Shown one piece after another: positions 16,893 through 25,982 of a stretch of 64,000 bases of DNA (its first letter is position 1; every line of letters begins with the position of its first letter). The notes beneath the pieces were generated by a model that saw only the letters and a list, made by a program, of their open reading frames with translations, made no database searches and was not told the DNA's origin. The DNA comes from Candidatus Pacearchaeota archaeon. Its GTDB lineage: Archaea > Nanobdellota > Nanobdellia > Pacearchaeales > GW2011-AR1. The position numbers and the translations under genes were made by a program. The stretch is taken from positions 19,766 through 83,765 of the forward strand of contig JBAZMK010000004.1 of the NCBI GenBank assembly GCA_041649755.1, written 5' to 3'.

Positions 16893-17597
16893 TTATTTAA
16901 TCGCTTTGATTATATCAGAGAGATTTTTTACTAGAGTGTTGCAAGACTCTGTAAATATTTCTTCGGGGCTAATTTGTCCCCAAGATTCAATATAAATCAT
17001 TAATTCTTTTTCAAATTCTATAGATACCCCTGGGAAATCCTTTAAGTCTTCGTTATCTAATTCCCTTTTTAAGTGGTCTTTAACTTTTAATTTTCCGGCG
17101 TATTCAAAGACGTCCGGATAGAGCTCTGCTAATTTTTCATGTTTTTCTCCTTCGTGAGAAATTTTCATTTTTGGAATTTGTTTATAATAAAGAAGTCCTG
17201 GGGAGAATTTTGAATGTTTTATACCAATTCCACTTCTTGCTTTTGCTATAAGTTCTATTTCTTGTCCTGCATCAAGTAAGACTATAGGTATGTCGGGATA
17301 GACCGAAATATCTCCTAGTTCTTTTGATAAAACATTTATCCCGCCACTTTTTCCTTTTGCCTTTAGTTTTAGTTCAAGGTCTAAATCTTTTTTCAATTTT
17401 TGATTTTTTATCGGGATTAGCCCCAGCCTATGGGCTATTATTTCATCGTAAAGTGCGGAGTCGTTTTTATGTATTTCAACTTCATCTATTGCAAGAATTG
17501 GAATTTCGTTTACACTTCTTCTTATTGCGTTTGCAAGACTCATATCTATTTCTATTGGGAAAGATATTTCTTCCGATTTTTTTTCAGTTGTTTTCAT
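16893..17597 (-). CDS. rpoD: DNA-directed RNA polymerase subunit D (Rpo3)
   Basis: ANAIRRS.....P..AI..VEI..N.S.L.DE..AHRLGLIP; position in the S13-S4-S11-RpoD operon. Confidence 0.9.
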   Translation of the reverse strand: MKTTEKKSEEISFPIEIDMSLANAIRRSVNEIPILAIDEVEIHKNDSALYDEIIAHRLGLIPIKNQKLKKDLDLELKLKAKGKSGGINVLSKELGDISVYPDIPIVLLDAGQEIELIAKARSGIGIKHSKFSPGLLYYKQIPKMKISHEGEKHEKLAELYPDVFEYAGKLKVKDHLKRELDNEDLKDFPGVSIEFEKELMIYIESWGQISPEEIFTESCNTLVKNLSDIIKAIK

Positions 17598-17627
17598 TTT
17601 TATTTGTCTTTTTTTCAGTTTATAAGT

Positions 17628-18014
17628 TTATACTCTCCGCCCCCTTCTTCCATGTGGTTTTTTAGGTCCGCCTCTTGGGATTTTTGTTACCTCTCCCATA
17701 CTTAATATTTTAAATCCTTCTTTTGTAAGAGTTCTTGCAATTGCGTGGGCACCCGGTCCGAAACCAGTTTCTCCTGTTTGACCTTTAATTTTTATATATA
17801 GGTTTGTAATCTTATAATCTTTACACATCTCCTGAATTTTTTTAGCTATAAACATTGCAATTGTCGGGTTTGCTTTCATTCGGTCATGTTTAGTTATTAA
17901 ACCCCCAGAGATGCGCCCAATAGTATTCCCAGCTAAATCTGTTAGTGTAGCAATTGTATTATTAAAACTTGCATAAATGTTTAAAACACCTATATTTTCC
18001 TCATTCTTCTTCAT
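17628..18014 (-). CDS. rps11: 30S ribosomal protein uS11
   Basis: I.ASFNNTI...TD..GN......GG........A...A........I...G.G.G...A.R.L...G..I..I.D.T..PHGG.R consensus. Confidence 0.95.
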   Translation of the reverse strand: MKKNEENIGVLNIYASFNNTIATLTDLAGNTIGRISGGLITKHDRMKANPTIAMFIAKKIQEMCKDYKITNLYIKIKGQTGETGFGPGAHAIARTLTKEGFKILSMGEVTKIPRGGPKKPHGRRGRRV

Positions 18015-18501
18015 TTTCTTTTATCTCCTGTTTTTTTGTTTTTTGTTTAGTTGGTTTTTTTGAAATGCTGTTCTCTAATTCTTTCGTAATTATATAGGAG
18101 GGGATATTCACTACATTTCCATTAACTAAAACTCTCTTATGAACGATTAATTGTCTTGCTTCTTTCGGGGTGTTTGCAATTTTCTTCTTAAAAACGAAAG
18201 TTTGCAATCTTCTTTCAAGCAGATTCTCTTCTGTTAGGGCCAATACGTCCGAGATATTTGAAACATTAAATCCCATTTTTTTCAGTTTTTCAAAGAATTT
18301 TTGTTGTTTTTCTACTTCCTCTCCGATTAATTTTTTTGCTCTTTTTCTAAATCTTGATATTGCTGACTTGGCTTTCCATATTTCTTTTTTATTTTTTAAT
18401 CCATATCTTTTTACAATTTCATTTTCAAGATTTATTCTTTCAAGTTCGTATAGCTTTCTTGGTTTGCTGAATTTTTTCCTTTTTCTTTTTATATCGCCCA
18501 T
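18001..18501 (-). CDS. rps4: 30S ribosomal protein uS4
   Basis: MGDIKRKRKKFSKPRK...; S4 RNA-binding domain LERRLQT.VFK......EARQLI.H..V.VNG..V..PSY. Confidence 0.95.
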   Translation of the reverse strand: MGDIKRKRKKFSKPRKLYELERINLENEIVKRYGLKNKKEIWKAKSAISRFRKRAKKLIGEEVEKQQKFFEKLKKMGFNVSNISDVLALTEENLLERRLQTFVFKKKIANTPKEARQLIVHKRVLVNGNVVNIPSYIITKELENSISKKPTKQKTKKQEIKENEEE

Positions 18502-18962
18502 TATTTCTTCTTCTTTACACCAACTGCCCCACTTTTTCTTCTGTTGGTTCTGAAGTGTGATTTAGTTCTTTGTCCTCTTACTGGCTGACCTAAATTATGT
18601 CTGTGCCCTTTATAAGAACGAATTTTTTTCAGCCTTTTGATGTCAAATTCATTTCTTAATTTGAGGTCAGCACCGGTTAAGTGTTTATCAAGACCATCAT
18701 CAAAGTCTTTTTGGCGATTTTTTAAGAATTTTGGAATTCGGGGGGACTCCATAAACTTTTCTATTTCCTCTACAGGGCTTTCACTTACTTTCGTATTTGG
18801 GTCTATTTTTAAGGTCTTACAAATTGAATTTGAAAATGACCACGAAATTCCTTTGATTTTTGTTAGTTCTGAAACTATTTTTTTCTCTCCTCGGAGGTCT
18901 TTTCCCAAGATTCTTACAAGGGTTTTTTCTTCTGTTTTTTGTGGGTTTTCTTTTGCTGTCAT
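18501..18962 (-). CDS. rps13: 30S ribosomal protein uS13
   Basis: RILGKDL.G.K.....LT.IKGI........C......I.SY.G.RH..G.PVRGQRTK.... Confidence 0.95.
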   Translation of the reverse strand: MTAKENPQKTEEKTLVRILGKDLRGEKKIVSELTKIKGISWSFSNSICKTLKIDPNTKVSESPVEEIEKFMESPRIPKFLKNRQKDFDDGLDKHLTGADLKLRNEFDIKRLKKIRSYKGHRHNLGQPVRGQRTKSHFRTNRRKSGAVGVKKKK

Positions 18963-19495
18963 ATTATAAATAAATTCTGTCTTTGAATTTCTGTGAGTTC
19001 TTCGTATATCCTTTTGGTGATTGCTTTTTCAGGGTCAGGAATTCCATGAACTCTTGTTTTTATATCTTCAAAGGAAGTAAATGGTTTTCCTTCCCTTTCC
19101 TTTAAGATTGCCTTCATGTGTTTTTTTCCAAAACCAGGTAATAGTTCAAACTGGTGGAGACGGGTATTTATAGCTTGTGCTTTGTTGAAAAAGCTTACAT
19201 ACTTTTCTTCACTTGTTTTAACGGCTTTTTCTATAAATTCTCTTAATTGTCCTTTTGCTGTTTCTGTTAGCTTTTCGCGTGGGCATCTTCCAAGGATATA
19301 CTGAACTTTGTCTCGCTTTCCTTCTCCAATATAGGCCTCTTCACCTACCTCAAATTTCATTCCGTGTCGTGGAACCAATTGTAGTAGGGTGAATTTTTCA
19401 GAACCTATAGCCTGAGCCAAAGGCATCATTTTCTTGTCTAGAGGATATCCATAGGGTAGGAAATCTAATATTATTGCTTTTTCTTCTTTTACCAT
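18959..19495 (-). CDS. DUF655/COG1491-type predicted nucleic-acid-binding protein
   Basis: A.ILDFLP.GY........P.AQAIG...FTLL.LVP..G.....GE..YIG.G.RDKV..I; conserved archaeal L21e-RpoF-DUF655 neighbourhood. Confidence 0.75.
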   Translation of the reverse strand: MVKEEKAIILDFLPYGYPLDKKMMPLAQAIGSEKFTLLQLVPRHGMKFEVGEEAYIGEGKRDKVQYILGRCPREKLTETAKGQLREFIEKAVKTSEEKYVSFFNKAQAINTRLHQFELLPGFGKKHMKAILKEREGKPFTSFEDIKTRVHGIPDPEKAITKRIYEELTEIQRQNLFII

Positions 19496-19500
19496 TTTGC

Positions 19501-19803
19501 TTAATATTTTTTAACCACATTTAATATTTTTTCCATTTCTTCGCCGTCCAGCGAAATTTCTGGGAGAATTTTAGTTATTTCTGAGGAATCTATAGGTATA
19601 AACTCTATTATTTTTACAATGTGAGAGTCTTTTAATTTGATTAGGTCTAAACTTTTTAATTCTTCTTTTATTTTCATTGCATCTTCAAATTTTGTTTTAT
19701 TAAACTTTTTAATGAAGTCTTTAATTTCTTTTGAGTTTTCTAAATCTTTGACCAGTTCTGTTACTTCCGCCATTGTTAGAGGTTTTTCTTCTTTTATTAC
19801 CAT
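19501..19803 (-). CDS. rpoF: RNA polymerase subunit F (Rpo4)
   Basis: 100 aa, PLTMAEV.EL...... helical protein directly downstream of L21e, as in other archaea. Confidence 0.7.
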   Translation of the reverse strand: MVIKEEKPLTMAEVTELVKDLENSKEIKDFIKKFNKTKFEDAMKIKEELKSLDLIKLKDSHIVKIIEFIPIDSSEITKILPEISLDGEEMEKILNVVKKY

Positions 19804-20051
19804 TATATTTTTTTTATGTGGATTGGGTGGACTATCAAGATTTTTTCCTTATTCCCATCTTTTATTTTAATTAATTTAGAATTTCCTCTGCTTCCTAGGA
19901 CTACCCCACTTCTTCCTTGGACCCTTTTTGGTAGGGAGTGGTTTACACTTTTGTCTATTGAAATTGCTACCCTGGTTCCGTCGTCTATTTTTTTAAAGTA
20001 ACTACTAAGTTTTAGCTTTCCTTTTTCTCTTATCTTTTTACCTTTTACCAT
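19803..20051 (-). CDS. rpl21e: 50S ribosomal protein eL21
   Basis: MVKGKKIREKGKLKLSSYFKK...G..V.I.ID.S......P.R..G..G.V.G.RG....I...DG.K.K.....P.H. Confidence 0.9.
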   Translation of the reverse strand: MVKGKKIREKGKLKLSSYFKKIDDGTRVAISIDKSVNHSLPKRVQGRSGVVLGSRGNSKLIKIKDGNKEKILIVHPIHIKKI

Positions 20052-20176
20052 TTTTAATGAAGACAGATATCTTTCGCTGTCGCCAACTCGGACAAATTTA
20101 TCCTTCTTTTACAAGAAAAAGTTCATTTAAAAATGTTTTTACAGCCAGATTTTAGACCTTATTTAGGTTTTTGGGT

Positions 20177-21886
20177 TTATTTAATTTTTTTAGCTAAATC
20201 GTAGGTTTTAACATAATTTTCTATAAGTTCTGACCAAGAGAATTCTTTTGCTAAATTTTGGGTTTTTCTCTTCATTTGTATTATTATTTCCCTGGGGGTT
20301 TTACAAAAATTGTAGAGCTCTTTTGTCATTTCTTCTATTATTTGTTCTTCTGTTTTATCTTTTCTCTTTAAGACTGTGACTGCATTTTCTCTGCATTCTT
20401 CTTCTCCATATTTTTTTAGAAGATAATCTCCGAATCCGCTTTCGTTGCTCGCTATTGTAGGTACTCTGCAGGTTATAGATTCTAAGGGGGTGTAACCCCA
20501 AGGCTCATAAAATGATGGAAAGATCCCCAAATCAAATCCACTTGTGAACCCATAGTAATTTTGTTGTGTTAGTTCGTCTTTTTCTTCAATATAGTTAGGA
20601 TGAAATAAAACTTTAACCTGGTTTTCTTCTTTATTATCCAATCCTTCTAAGTAAAAATTTCTTATTATCTCGTTTGATTCAAAGTAGCTGGTCGAAACTT
20701 TTGGGTTTCCTTCTTCTTTTATTAATTTTACTTCTGAGAAAATTTCCCTCAGCTTGTTGCAATCTTCGTAAGGGTTAAATAAAAATTCTATGAATGGCTC
20801 TAAGATATCTTCTTTTTTGATTACCTCTTCTTTTATATTCTTAATTTTAGATAAATTTCTGAGAATGTTTTCGTTCTTATTTGTAGAATTTATTGGGATA
20901 AGGAAGAAACAGATAATATTTATCCGACTTTTTTCTTCAATGAGTTTTTTGTTTAATCTTCCAAGAGCTTTTATAAGAATATCTATTCCTTTCCCATGAA
21001 ATTCGTACCTTCCTGAGATAAAGAATAAAAAGGTTTTTTCAAAATTAATATAATAATATGGTGAAAACGAACTCATTATTATCTCTTTTATTCTTTTTCG
21101 ACTTTTTTTTGGGGAACTTTCTCCTATTAAAGGTAGGTTTAATCCATTGAGCACTATTACTTCAGGTTTTCTTTTAAAAATTGTTTCGGCAGATTTAGCC
21201 AAGGTGTCGCTTACTGTTGTGAAGATATCACAATTTATAACTGCTTGTTTTTCTATTCCGTGTTTGTCTAAAACATTTCTTTGTTTTGCTTCTTCTTCGA
21301 TATCTTCAACATCTCCAATTCTTTTTCCGATTCCTGCCAGGGCTCTTTCAATAACTGTTGCGTGAATAGTAAAGACTTTAGATATTCTTGTCGGTGTTTT
21401 TTTTAGATAGAGAATTCCAGTTCCTGAAAGCCATTCGTGGAAGTGTGCTATGAAATGTGTGTGGTCTTTTTGATAAACCTTTTCCAGAAAGATTCCTACT
21501 GCGTAACCCCATATAACAGGTTCTTCAAACCAAAAGTCTGAGTAAAGAGAGTCTACAGCATAATCCTCCCAGAGTTTTTTCTTTATATCGTTTTTAAATT
21601 GCATAAATTCGGCGGAGTCAATCAAAATTGTTTCTGTATTATTCGTCTTCCAAATTCCATAAAAGCAAAAGATTTTTTTATTTTTTAATTCTTCAAATAT
21701 TTCTTTAAATTCATTTGGGGTTTCTCTTCCCTCAAACTCGGGATTTTCTTTATTTCTGAAATAGGGTCCGATGAAAATATATCTTTTGAATTTTTCTTTT
21801 ATGTAATTTGTTTTAGAATTGATTACAGTATAAATTCCTCCGACCTTATTACAAACTTCCCAAGAAATTTCAAAAAGTTTATCCAT
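20177..21886 (-). CDS. Glycogen synthase of the eukaryote-like GT3 family
   Basis: N-terminal LFEISWEVCNKVGGIYTVINSK is the signature start of GT3 glycogen synthases (compare FEV.WEVANKVGGIYTV). Also HFHEW, two Rossmann halves, 569 aa. Confidence 0.85.
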   Translation of the reverse strand: MDKLFEISWEVCNKVGGIYTVINSKTNYIKEKFKRYIFIGPYFRNKENPEFEGRETPNEFKEIFEELKNKKIFCFYGIWKTNNTETILIDSAEFMQFKNDIKKKLWEDYAVDSLYSDFWFEEPVIWGYAVGIFLEKVYQKDHTHFIAHFHEWLSGTGILYLKKTPTRISKVFTIHATVIERALAGIGKRIGDVEDIEEEAKQRNVLDKHGIEKQAVINCDIFTTVSDTLAKSAETIFKRKPEVIVLNGLNLPLIGESSPKKSRKRIKEIIMSSFSPYYYINFEKTFLFFISGRYEFHGKGIDILIKALGRLNKKLIEEKSRINIICFFLIPINSTNKNENILRNLSKIKNIKEEVIKKEDILEPFIEFLFNPYEDCNKLREIFSEVKLIKEEGNPKVSTSYFESNEIIRNFYLEGLDNKEENQVKVLFHPNYIEEKDELTQQNYYGFTSGFDLGIFPSFYEPWGYTPLESITCRVPTIASNESGFGDYLLKKYGEEECRENAVTVLKRKDKTEEQIIEEMTKELYNFCKTPREIIIQMKRKTQNLAKEFSWSELIENYVKTYDLAKKIK

Positions 21887-21887
21887 T

Positions 21888-22634
21888 CTAAGAAAGACCT
21901 ATTTTTTTAAGTTCGTTTGATAATTTTTTTATTTCTTCTTCATCTCCGATAATCTCTTTAGCAATTCTTAAGTAGTTTTTAGAATTCTTATTCCTTGGAT
22001 ACTGGTTTATAATAGAATTAAATTTGGAAACTGAAATCATTATTTTATGGTCATCATTTATTTCTGAGATTACTGGGAGACTCGTCGTTCTTTCAATATC
22101 TTTTGAAGTTAGCTCATAACTTTTTTTACGTTTCTTGTTTACAATTATTCCGATTATTGGCAATTTTTTCTGTTTAACTAATTCTGCTGCTCTTAGTGTT
22201 GTTGTCAAGGTGGGATAGTCTGGAGTGGTAATAAATATCATTTCGTCTGCGACCATTAGAACACCTAATATTTCTTCACTATAACTTGGTCCGGAATCTA
22301 CAATGACATAATCATATTTTTCTTTTACATAATCGATTATTTTTTTGAATTTCTCCAAGTCCGCGTCTTTATAAAAATTACAGGGCATTACATTTAATCC
22401 TGATTTATGCTCATAGATTGCATCTTCAGGTAAAATGTTGTTCCTTATGGCTTCTCTGAGAGTAATGTCAGGGTTTAGCAATCCCAAATAAATATGGAGG
22501 GTAGGGGATAAAAAATTAGCATCAACGACCAAAACTTTTTTATTTAATTTTGAAAGGGCTGCTCCTATGTTTATTACGGAAATGGTTTTTCCAACGCCCC
22601 CTTTAAAGGATATAATCCCTATTATTTTTGTCAT
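21888..22634 (-). CDS. MinD/ParA-family P-loop ATPase (copy a)
   Basis: Deviant Walker A SFKGGVGKTISVINIG, VVDAN, DYVIVDSGP; 1-nt gap to the GT3 gene. Confidence 0.85.
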   Translation of the reverse strand: MTKIIGIISFKGGVGKTISVINIGAALSKLNKKVLVVDANFLSPTLHIYLGLLNPDITLREAIRNNILPEDAIYEHKSGLNVMPCNFYKDADLEKFKKIIDYVKEKYDYVIVDSGPSYSEEILGVLMVADEMIFITTPDYPTLTTTLRAAELVKQKKLPIIGIIVNKKRKKSYELTSKDIERTTSLPVISEINDDHKIMISVSKFNSIINQYPRNKNSKNYLRIAKEIIGDEEEIKKLSNELKKIGLS

Positions 22635-23001
22635 TATTATTTTTTAATAATTTAAGAATCTTAATCTTTTTCTTTGGAGGGTTTATTTTTTTTGATTCCT
22701 CTTTTCGGAGAATTTTTTCGAGTTTTCTTTTTTTTTTAATTTCTTTTCTTAAAGCTTTTTCTAAGGTTGCCTTTATTTGTTTTATTCTCTTTTTTTTAGC
22801 GAGATTTTTTGCCAATTCTCCTTCTAAATATACATCTCTAATCCAGTTGCTGAAGTCGTTTTTATCTTTTGTTACGTGGTGTTCGAAAACCCAAGAGGGC
22901 ATATCATTAAGAACTTCTGTCAATTCTACGACATTTTTTATGACTTTTCCATCTGCTAGAAAGAAATAGTTTTCCGGTTTTGTGTCTTTGTCTATATTCA
23001 T
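22603..23001 (-). CDS. Hypothetical protein: conserved about 60-aa N-domain plus Lys-rich tail (paralog of 23017-23220)
   Basis: MNIDKDTKPENYFFLADGKVIKNVVELTEVLNDMPSWVFEHHVTKDKNDFSNWIRDVY aligns residue-for-residue with the neighbouring 67-aa ORF. The 3' end overlaps the MinD gene by 32 nt. Confidence 0.6.
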   Translation of the reverse strand: MNIDKDTKPENYFFLADGKVIKNVVELTEVLNDMPSWVFEHHVTKDKNDFSNWIRDVYLEGELAKNLAKKKRIKQIKATLEKALRKEIKKKRKLEKILRKEESKKINPPKKKIKILKLLKNNNDKNNRDYIL

Positions 23002-23016
23002 TTTTCACTTCTTTGA

Positions 23017-23220
23017 TTAGTCGAAATTTCTTATTAAATCTATTCTGCAAACATCTGCGATCCACCTTATAAAGTCATTTTTCTCAGAGTTTACATGATG
23101 TTTATAGACTTCGTCACTCATTGTTCTTAATACATCAAGTAATTCTGGGAGACTTTTAATAGTCCTTCCGTCATGCAAATGAAAATAAAACTCTGGGCTT
23201 ACTTCTTTGTCTATATTCAT
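23017..23220 (-). CDS. Hypothetical protein, stand-alone copy of the same about 60-aa domain
   Basis: MNIDKEVSPEFYFHLHDGRTIKSLPELLDVLRTMSDEVYKHHVNSEKNDFIRWIADV. Both copies share the MNIDK start and the F.L.DG..IK...EL..VL..M...V..HHV...KNDF..WI.DV pattern. Confidence 0.55.
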   Translation of the reverse strand: MNIDKEVSPEFYFHLHDGRTIKSLPELLDVLRTMSDEVYKHHVNSEKNDFIRWIADVCRIDLIRNFD

Positions 23221-23265
23221 TTTTCACCTCCTTATATTTATAGTTATATTTATTTATAAGCTTTT

Positions 23266-24441
23266 TCAATCAACTCGAGTTTCTAAATCCTCTAAGATAT
23301 TCATGAAACTTATGAATGAGTCATATGGGCTTTCATATGGGCTAAAGTATTTATGGACATCTCCATCATTGAACCATTTGGTACACATATAATAAAAATG
23401 ATCTGACGTAGTTAATTTTCTCCATTTTTCAATAAGGTCTTTTCTTTTTGAGGCGAAAACTTTTTCTCTTAAGTCATATAATTTTTTTGAAGCAGAATCT
23501 TGCATTGGATTCCCTAGCCAGGCAGTTAAATTCCTTTCTATGTCTGCCCAAGAGATAAAATGGGGAGCGTCTATTTCTCCTACAGGTTCATATTCTTTTA
23601 CTAATTCTGAAGGGGTTTTGAAAGAGTTGTCCCGATTTTTTAAGATCTCTTCAGGTAGTTTTTCAAAGAAAGAGAATATTCCTGTGTCTTCCCACTGGTG
23701 CTCTCCGAATGTTTCGTAATCCATAAATAGATTTATATTTGTTCCATTTCCATTAATTGATGAGACCCATTGAGAGAATTTTTCTGCGGTGAGAGGCCAT
23801 TCATTCCATTCACGACTTGAAAATCTGAATGCAATGTCATCACTAAGTCTATAATTTTTTAAGAGTAATTTTATTTTTTTTGTGTTTGTTGGTTTGTATA
23901 TGAAGTTTGGGCTTCTCCATTGTAAGAGGTGGTCTGCACCTTCAGCTATAATTCCTTTATAACCTTGTTCTTCTATGAATTTTGCGATCTCGTTGTTATA
24001 AATTAACTCTGTATTTCTGAAAACTTTTGGGAGATATCCAAATATTTCTTTTATTTTTTCTTTGTGAAGTTTAATTTGTTCTAAGAATTCTTCTTTTGAA
24101 TATAAAAATGAAAGTGAGTGATAATATGTTTCTGAAAGTATTTCGACTCTCCCTGTTTTGACGGCTTCTTTGAAAAGTTCTAATGTTTCTGGAGAATATT
24201 TTTCAAGTTGTTCGAGAACCACGCCCGAAAAAGAAAAACAACATTTAAATTCGGGATGTTTATTCAAAAGATTTATAATTAATCTGGTTGCTGGCTTGTA
24301 GCACTTTTCAGCAACTTTTAACAGAATTTGTTTATTTTTCTCTTCGTCAAAGTAATCTTCTTTTTTCCCTATGTCGAAGATCCTGTAATGTTTCATTCTA
24401 TGTGGTTGGTGAACCTGAAAATAAAAACATACGCCCGCCAT
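23266..24441 (-). CDS. Glycoside hydrolase family 57 (alpha-amylase / alpha-glucan-active enzyme)
   Basis: The N-terminal CFYFQVHQPHR motif, ...E.......Y.H and WADIER... are typical of GH57; 391 aa. Confidence 0.85.
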   Translation of the reverse strand: MAGVCFYFQVHQPHRMKHYRIFDIGKKEDYFDEEKNKQILLKVAEKCYKPATRLIINLLNKHPEFKCCFSFSGVVLEQLEKYSPETLELFKEAVKTGRVEILSETYYHSLSFLYSKEEFLEQIKLHKEKIKEIFGYLPKVFRNTELIYNNEIAKFIEEQGYKGIIAEGADHLLQWRSPNFIYKPTNTKKIKLLLKNYRLSDDIAFRFSSREWNEWPLTAEKFSQWVSSINGNGTNINLFMDYETFGEHQWEDTGIFSFFEKLPEEILKNRDNSFKTPSELVKEYEPVGEIDAPHFISWADIERNLTAWLGNPMQDSASKKLYDLREKVFASKRKDLIEKWRKLTTSDHFYYMCTKWFNDGDVHKYFSPYESPYDSFISFMNILEDLETRVD

Positions 24442-24442
24442 T

Positions 24443-25636
24443 TTATCCTTTTAATCTGGAATATACGTCTATACACTTTTCGGCTACTTCATCCCAATTA
24501 AATTTCTTTACCTCATTTAAACCATTTTGTTTTAGTGATTGCGAAAGTTCTTTATATTTTAAAACTGCAATAATTTTGTTTGCCATTTCTTCTACATCCC
24601 AAAAGTCTGTTTTTAGTGCGTGGGTAACCACTTCCGAAACGCCGGATTGTTTTGAAATTAAACAAGGTGTTCCATTTGTCATTGCTTCAAGAGGGGTTAT
24701 TCCAAATGGCTCTGAAATTGATGGCATAACATAAACATCTGAAAGCTTGTAGGCTTTTTCTATATCCTCTCCTCTTAAAAAACCCGTAAATAGATATTTG
24801 TCTAAAATCCCCAATTCTCCCGCCTTGTCTACCATAAATTTTTTCATATCACCATCCCCTGCAATAACAAATTTTACATTTTTAATATATTCTGCAACTA
24901 TTTTTGACATATAAATGAAATAATCTGGTCCTTTTTGGATAGTTATTCTTCCTAAAAATAAAACAATTTTATTTTTATCTTTTAGGGGGAAATCATATTT
25001 TTTATTAGAGAAATTTTCAACAGCATTATGTATTACAACAATCTTTTCAGAGTCTATCCCGTAAAATTTTATTATCTTATCTTTTGTGAAGTTGCTTACT
25101 GCGATTATTAAATCTGCTTTTTCCATACCTCTTTTTTCAACTTCATATACAAAAGTGTTTACTCCATTTCCCCCAGTTCTATCGAATTCTGTTGCGTGAA
25201 CATGAATGACGAGAGGTTTACCTGAGATCTCTTTTGCAATTATCCCTGCTTCATAAGTTAGCCAATCGTGTGCGTGAATCAAGTCAAATTCTTCTGATTT
25301 TGCAATATCTTCGGCTTCTGAAGCATAGCGCATAACTTCTTCGTAAAGAGAATTAGAATGAATTTTATCTTTTTTTATCTTTTTTAAATCTTCGTTATAA
25401 ATTTTAGAGGTTGTGTAGGGTTTTAAAAGATAATTTAATTTTTTAATTTTCACATTTTTAAAATTATGGTTATTTACTATTTTTGCGAAATCGCATTCAT
25501 AAGGAAAAGGGAGGACGAGAGAGAGCCCAATATTTTTTTTAGAGAGGGATTTGACTAACCCATAACAAGCTGTTCCTAGTCCTCCAGAATTAAATGGGGG
25601 GAATTCCCAACCGAACATTAGTATCCTCATTTTCAT
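24443..25636 (-). CDS. GT-B glycosyltransferase (GT4/GT5-like, glycogen-synthase-like)
   Basis: MRILMFGWEFPPFNSGGLGTACYGL at the N-terminus and the C-terminal E.FG..PLEAM..G.P motif (EPFGITPLEAMTNGTP); 1-nt gap to GH57. Confidence 0.8.
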   Translation of the reverse strand: MKMRILMFGWEFPPFNSGGLGTACYGLVKSLSKKNIGLSLVLPFPYECDFAKIVNNHNFKNVKIKKLNYLLKPYTTSKIYNEDLKKIKKDKIHSNSLYEEVMRYASEAEDIAKSEEFDLIHAHDWLTYEAGIIAKEISGKPLVIHVHATEFDRTGGNGVNTFVYEVEKRGMEKADLIIAVSNFTKDKIIKFYGIDSEKIVVIHNAVENFSNKKYDFPLKDKNKIVLFLGRITIQKGPDYFIYMSKIVAEYIKNVKFVIAGDGDMKKFMVDKAGELGILDKYLFTGFLRGEDIEKAYKLSDVYVMPSISEPFGITPLEAMTNGTPCLISKQSGVSEVVTHALKTDFWDVEEMANKIIAVLKYKELSQSLKQNGLNEVKKFNWDEVAEKCIDVYSRLKG

Positions 25637-25775
25637 TATTCAGAGAGACTTCCTCTTTAAAAACATTTCTCAATAGTTGATTTTTGCGATATAAGGTATC
25701 TTTTATGGTATCTCTTAAAGTACTTTTCTACGTACTAAAGGGAATCTTTAAATACTCTAAATTCTCTTAAGAAAG

Positions 25776-25982
25776 ATGAATTCTGGAGGGAAAGAAGATA
25801 AACTAAAGAAGGAAATTCTTTCTGTTTTGAAGAAGGAGTCTCAGCCAGTTTCTACCAAAGATATTGCAGAAAAGTTGTCCAAACCATGGCATTCTATACA
25901 AATGAGGTGTTTAATGCTTCAGATTCAAGGAAAAGTAAACGGATTTAGGGTGGGGAGAGTGAATTTATGGCAGGCCATTTGA
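25776..25982 (+). CDS. Small winged-HTH protein
   Basis: 68 aa; VSTKDIAEKLSKPWHSIQMRCLMLQIQGKV is HTH-like. Overlaps the start of the downstream surface-protein gene by 16 nt. Confidence 0.5.
   Translation: MNSGGKEDKLKKEILSVLKKESQPVSTKDIAEKLSKPWHSIQMRCLMLQIQGKVNGFRVGRVNLWQAI

Noticed and set aside
7146-19870. Many 60-170 aa ORFs antisense to or out of frame with cdc6, DP1, DP2, the TctA-like gene and the r-protein/RNAP genes (for example 7146..7478-, 11386..11730-, 15064..15573-, 16141..16452+, 18170..18553+)
   Set aside because: Each lies entirely within a longer ORF that has clear family signatures. Their products are F/L/S/K-rich low-complexity strings typical of shadow ORFs in AT-rich DNA.
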